Assembly: GCF_030144855.1 (NCBI RefSeq)
Contig: NC_082731.1
Location: 22,506,001 to 22,570,000 of the forward strand
Source: Hypanus sabinus
Lineage: Eukaryota
Direction of reading: 5' to 3'
Length of the DNA: 64,000 nucleotides
Below, in pieces: positions 36,230 through 50,100 of the stretch (position 1 is its first letter; each line of letters begins with the position of its first letter). The position numbers and the translations under genes are program-made. The notes beneath the pieces are model-generated. The model made no database searches, was not told where the DNA came from, and was given only the letters and a program-made list of their open reading frames with translations.

Positions 36230-38900
36230 TTTAAATAGAGTTGTTAATGATAGAAGTAAAGCTGTTTCCGAAGATGCAAACAAAAACTCGCTGTTTTGCC
36301 CATCATCATTTCACTCCTCACCCAGTCTTAGTCCTTCAAAGTCACATTTTACTTCTTGAAAGATATCAGCCGCTCCATACATCTACGTACGGACTGTGAA
36401 CTTTACTACAAAGCAATCGATTTAAATAATTAACTTTGAACAGAGAAAAAAAAACAGTCGGTCATCACACAATCCCTGTGTATCACCACCAGTCAGAATT
36501 AACCCTTTGCTTACTAGCGCCTTATATACCTCTGCAGATTGTCACCTTCTCTGTTACTGTTTACGTATCGGTACACACTATTTCGTATTCTGTTTAATAT
36601 TATTATCCGGCTTAATTTCGCATACCACCTTTACATTCTTAATGACTACTTAGTTGTCTTCTGTTGATATTTTTTAAAACTTCCTAAACCTCCAGCTTTT
36701 CAATAATTCTTCCTTTATTATTATGCCTGTCTAGGGCATTTGTGTTGGCTCTGAATTAACCGTCTCTGTGTTATCTTGGGTTCAGAGTACCTCTTCTTCC
36801 TCGGGATGAATATATCATGTGCTTTCCGAGATGCATTGAGAATTCCAGCCATTGATGCCTCACTGTCGTCCCTACAAATGTGTTTTTTCCTTCAAATATT
36901 TCTGGCCTTGAGCTCTCTCATCTCTCTCGTGCCCGTGTCATTTGCCTTACTCAACTGTCAAAAATAATACGTCTTACTTCAGATTTCCCTTCTTAAAATT
37001 CATGGTTACTTCGATCTTACTACTATCTCTTTACCCTAATGTTTATTTTGCGTTATGATATTTAATTAATTGCGTGTCATTCTATGACACCCAATCCAGT
37101 ATAGATGATCTCATAGTCAGCTCAACAACGAAGTCCTCTTTGAAACCCATGTCATGTGGAATGCCGATTTTTCAACATTCTAGACACGCGCACTAAGCCA
37201 TGATTCCCGATCGACTTGCATATTGGAAATCTCACTGACTCTTTTAACATTGTCCATTTGTTATGTATTTTAAACTCCCCTTGTTATATCAGAAAAATAC
37301 CGGGCTATGGGTAACCACTGGTAATTTCTCAGTTAAGGACATGTCCGGTACAGTTTTGTGGGCCGAAAGGCCTGTTATGTGCTGTATATTTTCTGTTTTT
37401 CTTTGTCATTTGTAAACCTCAACGACGCTCTTGTTTGGGGATCTGTGTAACTCTTTTCAGGGCTTGTGTTCTGTTCCCTCTCTCTTTAAAAACAAAATAC
37501 CCGTTGCAGTTCCTCTGCTCTGTCGGCAGTGATTCAACACCTTCCAACCCCTTCTCGCCTTTAGCTAAAGTTTTGTTTTCATTTCTTAACAACCGAACAA
37601 TGCAAATCTGGCTTTTGTTTACTGTCTTTTCAATACAAATTTTATTTAAGGCCAATAAGCTGCCAGACATAATCTTCTCTCAGCCCTTATTCAGCAGTGC
37701 GTGCAAATTCATCCATGCATATCTGTAACATTGTTACGTTCCTTACTCTATATACTGTACAGATTCAAATATAACAACTTCAGACGGGGATTCACCTTTC
37801 TTTCCCTTGTATACTGTTTATATTGTAACTCATCCTGTTGATTGCATTTTGCCCCATTATGATACTCGTCTTGCTTGGGGTCCCAATAAGCATTCAATAG
37901 GTTTGCAAACCAAATTACGGTCACCCAGCAATACCACGCAGGCTCCCAACACGCTGGTAAATTAGGTTTAATCCACACGAACAAAGCTGGTTCACGTTCC
38001 CGCAATGGTACTGGATCGCCGAGGATTCGATAGAACTCGTCCCATTTTCACGGGCAATACTTTTTTAATAGGAGATACCAATGTTCAATAAATCTGAACC
38101 ACTGCCCTTTTACTAGTTTTTCTGCCACGTAGTCATCTAATAAATCATTCTGTATATGCCTTTATTGTCAGGTGAACAGGCAACAATCCAATGATTGCTA
38201 CTCTGAAATTACCGTTTTTCAGCTTTCTATGTTGCTCGCTGAAATCCATCTTCTTAACTTCTTTACATTTCCAACCAAACTCATTGACTCCAAATTTGAC
38301 AAATACGTTTGACTGCTATCTTGGCCCTTCAAAATATTATGGACCCCAAGTGAGTCTTACCTGATCCTAGCAGCCGTAGGGCAACACAACATCCTAATGG
38401 CCCTATGGCGTCTACGTAACCTCGACACTGTTCCCGTCAAAACTGAAGCCATCTTCATCTCTCAGCTCGTCTGAGAAACAGCACCTGGTCATTATGGCTC
38501 TCCCCTAGTAATTCGTCCCACTAAATTGCAGCTAAAGTTTATTATGGGTCGGGACAGCCAGTGGGGTACTTTCCGCTGAATACCAATTTCTCCTCCTTTT
38601 CAATAGAGTCATGCATTTACCTTTTTATTCTGGGTATCACGTACACATACGAAAGTCATCGACCTGAAGCTGCAGATCTGCAATGCATTCTTTCAGAAGT
38701 TGCAACTCAATGCATACGTTGCACATGTGTGTACCCGTGAAAACGGAGGACACCAGACCTTTCACTTCCAACACACATTTCGGATCAGTGCCCCAGAAGC
38801 TAATCTCACTAATCTTCCATGTCCAAACAGATGTGGAATGAACAAAGAACAACATAGCAATGAACATACCAGACAATGCCCCTCACTCAATCCTGATCCC
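36230..38900 (-). mobile_element. Decayed CR1 LINE (ORF1 and endonuclease region), interrupted
   Basis: ORF 38637-38876 (-) contains CNVCIELQLLKECIADLQLQVDDFR, the CR1 ORF1 N-terminus. ORF1/ORF2 junction-like sequence lies at 37750-38000. Confidence 0.7.
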
Positions 38901-39399
38901 TCCGAATCCTGATAGGTGAAACGCAACTCGAAACACGGAACAGTTAAACGAATCGCCAGTCCAAGAGTGGATGTTCCGCTTGCATTCGCGTTATTATTGT
39001 TGGCTCTCCTGTAAATATCTGTTTTTGATTGTTCCTTAAAATTGGGGAAAAAAACCCTGAAAATTCTGCCTTAAAACTGTAGCATGTCGCCCTGATAAAT
39101 GAGCAAATTCACAAAAAAACGTTGCTCTTTTCACGTGTACGTGGTGTTGATTGAAACTGACATATTTTTAATGTATTAATTGGTTGACATGGAAAAAAAT
39201 TATTTTTGCAGGAGGCAGGTGTGCAGATGTTGCATTTCTTTCCCATGCATTGAACATATCAGCAGGGAGATCAGTGGAAGGGGAGAATGGACAAGGAAAC
39301 TTGGATACAGAAAACCCTGTGTTAAAAAAGTCTGGGAATGGGACGTCAATGTGTGTTAGTGTGTTTGATACTTGGATCCCATTGCAGATTAGGAACTTA

Positions 39400-42300
39400 G
39401 AATCATAGAAAACCTACAGCATAACAAAGGCGCTTCTGGCCACAAAGTTGTGGCGAATATATCCTTACCTTAGAACTAACTGGGCTTACCAATAGCTCTC
39501 TATTTTTCTGAGCTCCATGTATGCCACCAGATGTCAATTAAAAACACAATTGTTTCTGCGTCCACCACCGCCACCACCGGCAGCACCATTCATCAATCTG
39601 TCAGTAACATCCTCAAAAAAAATCAATCAGGCTCTTAAAGCACGACCTGCACTTTGCAAATACATGCTTTCTATCCCTAATCATATTATACGGCTCCAAA
39701 TGTTCATAAACCCTGCCTGCCAGGATGTTCTCCATCAAGTTACCGACCACTGAGTTAAAACTCTCAGGAATATAATTAACTGGGCTACCTCTACTCCTTT
39801 TTTTTTTTGAAAAAGTAAGTAAAAACATCTGCAACCCTCAAATTCTCCCAAGACTCTCCCGACTCCATTGATAATGCAAAGGTCATCGCCAGACGCTCAT
39901 AAATTTCCTCCCTCGGCTCGCACTATATCCTGAGGTATATTTCGTCCGTTCTCAGCGAGTTATCCAACCAGATGCTTTGCAAAAGCTCCAGCACATTCAC
40001 TTTCTGAATGTCGACATGCTCAAGATTTTTCAGACTGCTGCAAGTCATCAAAAAATCACTAAGATGATTTTCCATAGTAAATTCTGAAGCAAAGATTTCT
40101 TTAAGTACGTCTGTTATTTCCTCCGGCTCCATACACACTTTCCCAATGTCACACTTGATATGTCCTATTTTCTCCGCTTATCCTCTTGCTGTTCACAGAC
40201 TAGTAGAATGCCTTGGGTTTGGATATAATTCCGCTCGCCAAGGCATTCTCATGGCCCCTCTAGCTATCTTAATTACCTTGCTAAACTCCTTCCTAATAGC
40301 CTTATAATCTTTTGGATCTCTCACACGACCTAGCTTTCTTAATCTTTTGTAAGATTTTCTTTAATTCTTGATTTGAACTATTACAGCCTTTGTACACCTC
40401 GGTTCCTGTTCATAACTTCCTTCTCTTGTTGTAACGTACCTATACAGGACTCCAAAAATATACCACTTGAATATTTGCCACATTACTTCCGTACTTTTCC
40501 CTGAAAACATCGATTTCCAATTTAAGTCTCCAATTTCCTGCCTGACAGCCTGATTGTTACCCGTACAGCAATCAAACGCTTTTCCAACTTGTCTGCTCCA
40601 ATGCTATTGTAAAGGAGATATAATTATGATCACTATACCCAAAATGCTCTCCCACTGAGGGATCTGACTGCTGACCAGGTTTATTTCCCAATAAGAAGAC
40701 AAGTACAGCCTCTTGTCGTGTAGGCTTATCTGCATACTGCTTTAGTAACCTTCCTGAGCACAACAAACAAACTCCGCCCTGTATAAACACCTTGCACTCG
40801 GGAGATGCCAATCGCTATTTGGGAAATTAAAATCAACCATCACGGCAACTCATTTAATGTTACACCTTACCAGGATCTGTTTCCCTATATGCTCCTCTGT
40901 ATCCTTGTTAGTATTGGGCGGTCTATGAAAAAATGTCCCAGTAAAGTTATTGACACAATCCTGTTCCTAACCTCCACCCACAATGGCATCCATTTTTTTC
41001 TGCAGCCGTGATGCTATCTCTTATCAACTGCGCCACGCCTCACCTCTTTTGACTCCCTCACTGTCCTTTCTGAAGCATCTAAAACCCGGAACTTGAAGTA
41101 ACAAGTCCTGCACCTGAAGCACTCATTTCTCTGTAATAGCCACAACATCACATCTCCAAGTACTGATCCTCGATATAAGCTCATCCTCTTTGTTCAGAAT
41201 ACTCCTTGCGTTAAAATAGACACACCTCAACCATTCGGTCCGAGCGTGTTACTTCTCTATCACCTGCTTATACTCCCTCTCGCACTGTCTATTTGTGAGC
41301 CAATCTCCTCTTCCCCAGTCTCTCCAGTTCGGTTACCAACCCCAGCAGTTCATATTCAAACTCTTCTCAGTCGCCTGAGCTAAACTCCCGGCCAGGATTT
41401 CAGACCCCTGGGATTCAAGTGCAATCCGTCCTTTTTGTACAAGTCACACCTACAACAAAGGACAACCAGTTGATATAGAAATCTCAGTCCATGCCTCCTG
41501 CTCCAATCCCTCAGCCACACAATTATCCTCCACCTGATTGCTTTTCTCACTGTCGCGTGGCACAGGCCGTAATCCGGAGATTACTACATTTGCGATCCTG
41601 CTTCTCAACTTCCTTCTTATCTCCATGTAATCTTTTTTCAGGCCCTCATGCATTTTTCCTACCTATGTCATTGGTACCGTACCCATATGTATCACGACCT
41701 CTGGCTGTTCTCCCTCCCACGGCAGGTATCTTGGATGCAATCGGAAACAATCCCGAATCCTGGCACCTGGGAGTCAAACTGCCTTTCGAAATTCTTTCCT
41801 GCGTCCACAGATTCGCCTGTCTGACCACCTAACTATAGAGTTTCCTATCACTACTGCTTTCATTTTCCTTCCCGTAACCTTCTGACTCACAGGGTCAAAC
41901 TCTGTGCCAGAGGCATGGGCACTGCTGCATCCGCAGGTAGGCTGCACCCCTATAACAGTACTCAAACAGAAGAACTTATTGTGAAGGGGTAGAGGCAAAG
42001 GTGTACGTTTTAGCACCTGACGCTTCCCCTTCCCCCTCGTGACCGTGACGTACTTCTCTGTCTCCCGTGGCCCTGGCGTGACCGCCTGTCTGTAACTCCT
42101 GTCTGTCACCTCATCGCTCTCCCTAAACATGCAAAGGTCATCGAACTGCAATTCCAGTTCCAAAACTCTGTCCCTGAGGAGCTGCAGCTCGAAACACTTG
42201 GTGATGATATGGCCGTCTGGGAGGCTGGGAAACTCCAGAACAACCGACATCTGACACCAAACACAGAAAACTGGCCACACCCCCATACGTCCTACCTCGC

Positions 42301-42470
42301 CTCGGCCCGTTACCACCTAATCCCGTTGAGCCAAAACCCTGTTACTTTGCTGCATGTCACTCCGCTGCCCTCTCTGTTTCTGCCAGCTGAACATGGGTGC
42401 CTTCTTTTTAAAACTTTTGCTCTCTAGTGGTTGACGTCATGCGCCTGCGATTCCCCGTCACTCTTTCACC
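39400..42470 (-). mobile_element. CR1 LINE with ORF1 (esterase-like) and endonuclease; most of the RT deleted
   Basis: ORF1 pieces: ELQLLRDRVLELELQFDDL, VVIGNSIVRWSDRRICG, GTNDIGRK, VVISGLRPVPR. Endonuclease: KPTRQEAVL...GEHFGYSDHNYISF. RT start: SVVGNLMENIL. The 3' tail is at ~39405-39530. Confidence 0.9.
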
Positions 42471-43299
42471 CGAGCAGTAGAACAAAAAAACTCCCTTCGC
42501 TCCGAAAATTTAGCAGTACACTCTCAGTCATCTTGATTTGAAGTCACTTTACTGGTAACATCCTCAACGCTGATGATGTTATTTTGTTGCTTATAATCAT
42601 CAATCCATAACGCAAAACTACCTGTCACGTTGTTCCATTTGGTTGCTCCATTTTCGCAATCGAATTATGCATTTCACATTTCCACAAGTCTGTGTGCTAT
42701 ACGATGTAAGAGGTCTCTACTTCATACCTAAAAATGCAATACATTTTGCATTATCTGAGCTGGAAAAAGTGTGCCGTGTACCGATTTTGTTCACTTTTAT
42801 AATTCATTTAGAGTAAAAACATTTTTCAAATAAGATTTATGTATTAGCTTTAGACAAGTTCGTCGTAGTTGTAAAACCTTCCTGTCTCTTTGTAAACGTA
42901 TACGCCTTTTCACAAATAGTTTTCTACCTTACTGGAATGGGTGCTAATGGTCTAATATTACCTAACTGCAAAATAGTTCAAGGCTCTTCAACTAGTCTGA
43001 TTTATAGAGGGCGCCTTTCTGAATTTATTTTGTTCAGTCGCTATATTTCTTTTACAATATTGTCCCATCCCCCTACCAATCTCACAAATCTTCGGCTGCG
43101 ATCCCACCCACACCCCACATTTAAAGCAATGTAGTTCAAAATTTTGTGTGGGATTTTACCTTTCAAAATCCGCAGTAGCATTTTAAAATATATTGCAGAA
43201 CATAGTTGGTGATGCAATAATATGAACGAAACATTATTTGCCACGGATTTCAATGGACGAAATATTAACATTACATTTTGCAAATGAAAAAGAGTTTTC

Positions 43300-43700
43300 T
43301 GTTTAGTTTGTTAAATATATGATCTTGGCTTTCAGCAGAAACGATTATACGAATTAATACTTGTAATTCCTTATCTTGTAAGATTTAGATCCAAGTATGT
43401 GAGACAAATCGGTGTATAATAGAAAGTTACACGCAAACGTAATTTTCAATATTTGGTTGTTGTTATCATAAGGGAACTGCAGGTATACTTAACCTATCAT
43501 TTTTTAAAATGATATTTCATAAGGGTAATCGAACAGGCTTTGCCTCTGCATCGATGTGTACAACAATGAAATTAACTGTGCTCACTGCATTATTTGATGT
43601 TCGGAATTCATTGTTGGAGACTCCACTGCCACAACATCGTGAATAAAGCTCTCTTCACCTCGAAGTTCGTGACTATTGTAATTGCAATTAAATTTAAACG
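43300..43700 (-). pseudogene. Candidate highly decayed, inverted A-family V relic
   Basis: Leader-like donor ACTTCGAG|GTGA (GT at 43658), an 83-nt intron ending CACAG (43576), and YLQFP at 43485. Ungapped against A2 it matches Q, F, P, K13, L26, K36, L49 and Y56-L57. C104 and the RSS are not recognisable. Confidence 0.45.
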
Positions 43701-45426
43701 AACTTCTTTATCATATTAATGTCTAAAACAATTGGGCGAGAGATGATATCCCTTTAGATATGGAATTCAAACGAAGATAAAATCATATTTTCTGAAAATA
43801 TAAGTTATGCTTGCGAAGCGTTTCTTTCACCGGGAGCGGGAGTGACTCAACAGGAAACACAGGGCCAGTGGGAAAGCCCGATGCAGACAGGCAGACGCAG
43901 GGCAGCACGGTCGGTGATCAGCCAAGTGCTCCTGGAGAGAGTCAACATAGTTTGTGGATGACAGATTCCGAAAACAATTAAATAATTAAGTCGTAAATAT
44001 ATCAAATTAAAATACGAATGCGTGTTCCAGACGGATCTCTGGACACAGAGGGGTAAGAAAATTGTATTGTGATTAACAACGAATTACTTTTCATTACCGA
44101 TTAACATATACCGAAATGAAGAAACCAAAGCAAGAGGCCTGTCTGTCCACCGTCAGAGGTTCAAATGAATTAACCTACTGGGAAAAAGGTAAGAAGTATA
44201 CTAAGACTAAGCGATCTCTGGGTGAACCCCTGTTACATCCGGGTTCCCTGTCGCAAAACGTACGACTAGAAACTGGAGACAGCACGCTCATATTTTTTTC
44301 TTGTAGTTAAATGGAAAGAACCAGGGAGAATGGCCCTAATTAGGCTTATTTGGTTATATGAATATGGAACTATAGTATGTGGTGGTTCAATAAATTGGAG
44401 AAAGTGACCAGAACCTAAACTTAAGATGGAAGACAAAATATAAAAAATAGTAGTAGATGCTACTCCCCGCCCCCCAATCTCCCCCTGCGTGATTCCACCA
44501 CAAGATTTTAGGTGCCGGGTTGCTAGATGATCCTATTATGAACATTGCATATTTTGTTATCGCCACCGCGCAAAATAGTTCATTGCAGCTGCGACGACAA
44601 ATGCACTTGTCTCAGCCGTGTTCCGCGATGGAGCTTCTCGCAATTAATCAGGTTTCCCCATTCGGTGCCTCGATTATAGGAAATGCTCAAACTCTGGTGA
44701 AACAGAAGCAGTCTCAGTAGATGGACATTACACAGGATGTAGTTGTGCATACCTTATCATTGACCTATGGAGTTGAGTTTATTGAGCAAAAGCATGTCAC
44801 AGCGATGACCGTATGAAATGTGAGGATCATGTTTTACAAGAATTCACAGTATCCCGGGAAACAAAGGGGACTGGGTACAAAATGCAGATGGAAGTAAAGG
44901 AATCAACAGTCTGCAGACACATATGGACAGAACAGACCATTGGCACAATTCTATTTGGATCAGAGAGCAAAGTGATATTCGGGAGGTCACGAGATGAAAA
45001 CGAAAACGGGTGAGCCCTTAACAGATTCAATTTTCTACCTTGGGAAAATAGTGCAGAAATGGATCTGGAAAAGGTTGGACATTTCTATAGTTTTTGTTTG
45101 TCAGCGACCCGAATTAGTGCTCTCATATATATTAATGATGAAGATAAGTAAAAGGCCAGAGAACATGCAGGTGAGAGTTATACAATTTGCTTTTAGTGAT
45201 TTATTTTTGAACTGAAGAGATAGCCGCCGACATTCAGCTTTCCCATTCTCAGATAAATTACTTCCTTCACTGGCAATACACCGTAGTTCATGTATCCTTT
45301 GGAATGAAGCTCCACTCTAAGCTCGAATATTTGAGTCAGATACTGAAACGGTTAAAATAGCAAATTCCGGGCACCGTTTAGATTGGCGATCTAGGTCACT
45401 GCGCAAGAGGGCAATTAACATCTGTG

Positions 45427-45709
45427 CGGCTTTAAGTATAATGAACAATAGTATTCCTGGACGAGATTGTCTCAGGGTTAGACTGATTTCCCAGCCACTA
45501 ATGCAGCTAACGTACGCTTCAGTGTTGCCAGCTACATGAGTCATTTCATTATATTTTTTCTCTCTATATACGCACCGGTCCTCCACTCATCTACACATAG
45601 GCGAATACTGGAGTGATAATCATGAATTGTCTGAAGAATCACAATTTTAGGCGCAATATTTCCCATCCCAAATGCAGGCAGTTTGGCTGACTGGTAATGT
45701 GTTCAAGAA
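45427..45709 (-). pseudogene. Candidate decayed V relic (tandem copy 1)
   Basis: Pyrimidine tract plus AG at 45710 and FR1-like HITSQP...LRL-(N)C. TAC TAT TGT (Cys 45447-45445) is followed 18 nt later by CACAGAT (45426-45420). The nonamer is poor. Confidence 0.5.
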
Positions 45710-45868
45710 CTGAGAGATGTGTAAGAGATCGTAAGCCCATTGCCCTGGTTATACCGAATACAAATGCCATTTTGGCCGTTTTCCTATCTGAACCTCGATG
45801 ATACCCGGTGATTCACCTCTGCTCCGGTTTTTTCAAGAACTTCCGCCCGAAGACAGCCAATACCAGTG

Positions 45869-46115
45869 CTCAATTACGCTTTATGAACAATAATATACGG
45901 CCGAAATTGTCTCAGGGCTATACTTACTGTCCAGTGATATCTGCAGCTGCCGTATAATTAACTGCTGCCAGTAACGCGCAGCATTTCATTCTGTGCCTCC
46001 AGGTATATGACGCATGCAGTCCTCAAATCATCAGAATATACTGAGGAGTATCAATCTACTTTTACATCAGATAACGTCTTCCTGTTACTGATGATGTAAC
46101 CGCAGCATTTGGCCA
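45869..46115 (-). pseudogene. Candidate decayed V relic (tandem copy 2)
   Basis: In-frame TCG GCC GTA TAT TAT TGT (SAVYYC, Cys 45889-45887), then 18 nt, then CACTGGT (45868-45862). Homologous to copy 1 at an offset of ~442 bp. Confidence 0.55.
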
Positions 46116-46767
46116 GGAGAGGATGTCGCAAAGTGGTGCCCAGCATCCAAATAGTGATTCTACCGTTAACCATTACATTCTGCTGTTCGCAGTGTATCAC
46201 GTGACTTATAGAGTCTCAGCTCTCCCTTGCAGCATATACAGCAAGCGGCACTTTCTGCTCCCTACGCCAATAGGTGAGGTGCTTGTTGTTCATCGTTTCA
46301 TTAAGGCTCAGAGTAGAGCCTTCCAATCTGACTTAGTCGTGGACCCACTACAGCCGATCTCCACGGGGATTAGCTATGTCTGAAAACCATTGTCCGTACG
46401 TTCACGAACTATGCACTGGTATTTCAGGACCTTCTCTCGTGAGCCTCCGCGCAACCTTCCTCCCATGGTACTGTGATATCCACCAGAATGATCTTTTGTC
46501 TTTGTGTTAGTTGACTTTTATAGACCATAGAACGATCTCTGGTTAGCACTACCTCCGTGAAGTGCAGCTTCCTCTCCACATCAGGCTTTATCTCATTATT
46601 TGGCAGTTTGCACCAGACTGGAAACTTTTGATGGTACTGGCATTGCCTCTTCTCGATGAAAATGACTGCCCTGTTTCCGTCTCCGCCCTCTGGTCCCTTT
46701 TTCCGTCTCTGTCGTTCCAGTTTGTCAGCTTGGAATAGCGGGATTTTACCATGGTGCTACCGATACC

Positions 46768-47150
46768 GTCTTGTGTTAAAGCTACATTGCATTTTGAGTT
46801 ACTGTGTGGTGGTATATCCCACAGACGACAAAGCAGTCACTTATGGTCCGTGCATAGGTGATATTGGGAGTCTGCTATATACTGACAGCATACCGGAAAG
46901 AAAAGACCTAGGCCTCCAGTCTCCAAACTCAGTCGGAGTAATGTAGATTTGAGAAGATCCAATTTCGTCCAGTGAGCCCGACACAAATGCCATTGATAAA
47001 CGTTTTACGTCCTCGCTGTCCTGTACCAACACCGTCACATGCAATTGCCAACTTTCATAGTGGTAACTGTGCAGAGCCGGGTGGTGCCCTTTCTAGAATG
47101 GTTTGCTGACGATGTATACCAATTGCTGAACGATCAATGCCTTGCTTATG
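46768..47150 (-). pseudogene. Candidate decayed V relic of a different family, with a recognisable 23-RSS
   Basis: One frame carries RLCTVT (Cys 47073) and CWYR 15 codons later, then D-x5-C R L W D. This is followed by CACAGTA (46806-46800) - 23 nt - ACACAAGAC (46776-46768). Several stops. Confidence 0.6.
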
Positions 47151-50100
47151 GGTGAGCTGACGGCCCACCTTCGATCCGAACTTTTTAAAACTCCTGCTAA
47201 GTTTTATTTTTTTGCTTGTCATCTGTGTCCCAAATTCGTGACATAACTCTACACATGGCGACCGTGATTACGTCCTCTACCGATGACAACGGGAGCTCTA
47301 GCTGGCTTGTTCATATGTAGAAACTCGCTGAAGAAAGGTTTGGTTGTATTTCCATCCTTCCCAGCTACGTCTTGTCTTTCCTCTCATTGCATTCTACAAT
47401 GGCCACGGGGATCTTTACAACGTCAAAACTCGAGCATGCATGGACTAGATGAGTTTGCATGGACTAGATGAGTTCAGCCATGACTGAAATTTACCAGAAA
47501 ACCAGTTTTGTCGACTTTCTACAGCTATTCTTTGATCTGCTTTAATGTGTCGATGATGTTGACGCTGTCGCGCAGACCTGCAATACTCTGCTTACCGGAA
47601 CATTATACTGGGTTCTCTTCAATATATCAAACGCTTTCCCTGCGTACATGAAGACACAACTATATCGTAGCTTTGCTTTTTTATCACCTTACATCTGGAC
47701 TTCTTGGCCGACCAGTTAGCTACCTTGTCATTCCAGCCCAACTAGCTACCTTCTCTAGGATTTCAAATACATATTTTTCATGAACGTGGGTCACAGTGGT
47801 TATTGTGATGTCATCTTTGAACCTGTTGTATGCTAGGCTCCAAGACAAGGCCATGGGTTACATCGGTTAATACGAGGAGGCACAATCCCATTATGAAAAA
47901 AGACAAACAAACAAATAAAAACAAAATGCGGAAGATGCTGCAGCCGTTTGGAATCCGTCTTTGCAGATCCTGCCGCCGAAATATATGGGTGACTGAAGTG
48001 AAGCAGAGTTGAATCCTCCTAGCTAGCTGACAATCACACCTCGCGTTACAGGTGTGATCTAGTACTTGCCCAGGCCAGTCAAGTTGAAAACTTTGCTAAT
48101 TATAACCAGATGACTATCAGTTTGCATTTCATTTCCCTGGACTCCCGAATCAATTGAATCATCACTGGGATGTCTTCAAGAGATTCTGAAAAAATGTCGG
48201 GATGAAGCTTTCTGGGTGGAGGTGCTAAACCAGTGCCTCTCCATTGAGGACATTTCGTTTCCGGAAAAAAAATGGGATCAAAGGCAATTGTAAGGACACG
48301 GAATGAGATTTGGAATGCAGTATGTGATATTTCAAAAAGTGGGAATAAGTGGCCAAATGCACTCGCCAGCTAAACCTAAACGTGAGAAGCTGAATTCAAA
48401 ATACAGAAAATAGAAGTTAGAGTCTAGCCTTCTCACACGTACCTGGAATATCTACCTTGAACTTCACATTTAGGAGGGAGATCGTTATAAACGATATGAT
48501 TACTGAGGAAACTGATTCCTTAGGAAAAGGCATCCTTCAACAAATTTCCAGCATAGTGCCGCCGACACGTCGGCCCAAATCTTCCCCATTCCACTCAACT
48601 AACACCGGAGGAGTTTTGGGAATTTCTTATATAAATTATAGCATATGCCGTTTGGTCCAGAGGCGGCTGATGACTTTGCTGTCTGCCTGATGTTCTGGTT
48701 CTGCTTTCACTCCGGCTAAGCTACGCATAGCACAGTTGCTGGCAATCTTGTTTGGGGGAATTTTGGACTGAATACTCGTCTTTGATCCATATGGGGATCA
48801 CTTTTAGACCACTGCTTAATGGAAGAAATTATGTTACAGGTTAGATAATAAGGGGTTGAAGAGGGTGTTTTTTTTTTCAAAGCACACTTAAACTGCTTCT
48901 GCAGGACTGCTGTACAGGGCTATCTAGATTCAGAGGGATTAATCAAAGCATAATCACGTGATTTTTTAAATAGCTGAACTGTGTAATTGCCGTATTTCAC
49001 AAACGTGCTTGGAAGCTTTGAATAACATACACAATGTCTATATAATGAGAAAAGTCTGTGTACCCTGGCAGAGCCTCAAGAACTCTGCTTTAAGAGGTTG
49101 AGCTCTCCATGATATGAATCATGTTATAATAAACTCTTCAAAAGCTATCTCCCTTCGTGTCCGAGTAATACCTTTTTTTCCGCAAAACGCTTTAAAACTT
49201 CCAACTCCTGCTTGTTTTCATAGGAAGTTATTCTTTTCACACTGTCTACAAGCGATAACTCTTCTGAGGGCGTGTGGAATGTGTCAGAACCGGTGCTCTA
49301 GACCAAGTATGGATGTCATAGTTGGTTGAGAGAAATCGTATTTCATTGGTTGGATATTCTTTTGATTAACATGGTCATCTCTACAGCATCAGTTCGCGTA
49401 TAGTTCTACGTGCAGCAAAGTGGTGCATTGAGGGTGAAGTTGTCCTCTTTATGTTGGAGGTAGTCCACAACATTTACCAAGGGTTGAGAAGCTTTGACCG
49501 AAAATATTGTAATGCTCTTGATGGAGAATTACCATCATTCCTAGGTGCTCTACTCCATGCTGTTTGACTTGCTCGGGGGTAGAAGTTTAAATTAAAACAG
49601 GTTATTCCAATTTTCAGGAATTCATTCGGGATAATGACACAATAAAGTTAAATTCGTAAATATGGATAGTATTAGAGCGGAACAGAGAGAATGTCGTTGT
49701 GCATTTTACTCCTACAAAGTCATATAAGTTCCATCGCACAATTTTATGTCAAAGGTTCCTTTTGGTTGCAATGTAATACACAAACAAAATACTGTAGTTA
49801 GCTGAGATTCATGTGCGATTTTCCATTAGCAGGCTCTCCGCTCTCACAAAGCACCTATCTCGCCAGAAATAGTTAATTAACCGCCTTCAAAGTCACCTTG
49901 AAGTAAATATCTCCATGCGCCTCCTTTCTCCTATCCTAGACGGAAAGGTAATGTCATCATGTTGTTTCGGTTCCTCTATATGATTTTAAACGTGTCTCTT
50001 AGTACAGAACTTTCAATGATGATCAGATTTTATATTGCTAAAATATAATAACAAACCGAGCCTCTAACAGCTGCTTTCAGTCCAAGACCGAAAGTCGTCT

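Noticed and set aside
43820-43960. GAGVTQ...VNIVC, resembling a TRBV start
   Set aside because: No acceptor AG and no downstream W41 or C104. The adjacent TGACTCA/CAGGAAAC (AP-1/ETS-like) sites are too short to call.
45420-47150. Idea that the inverted relics are IgNAR or NAR-TCR V domains
   Set aside because: Cys-Cys spacing is ~65 codons in the better tandem copy and ~81 in the 46.8 kb relic, versus ~61 for CDR2-less NAR V. No D or J cassette was found next to them.
47200-47227. Possible 12-RSS (AGTTTTATT - 12 nt - ATCTGTG)
   Set aside because: Weak matches, with no D or J coding sequence following. Expected by chance.
48330-48660. Scattered V-like words on the minus strand (QFP, RSP, DSNFYF)
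   Set aside because: Spacing between the motifs is inconsistent with a V domain and there is no nonamer.
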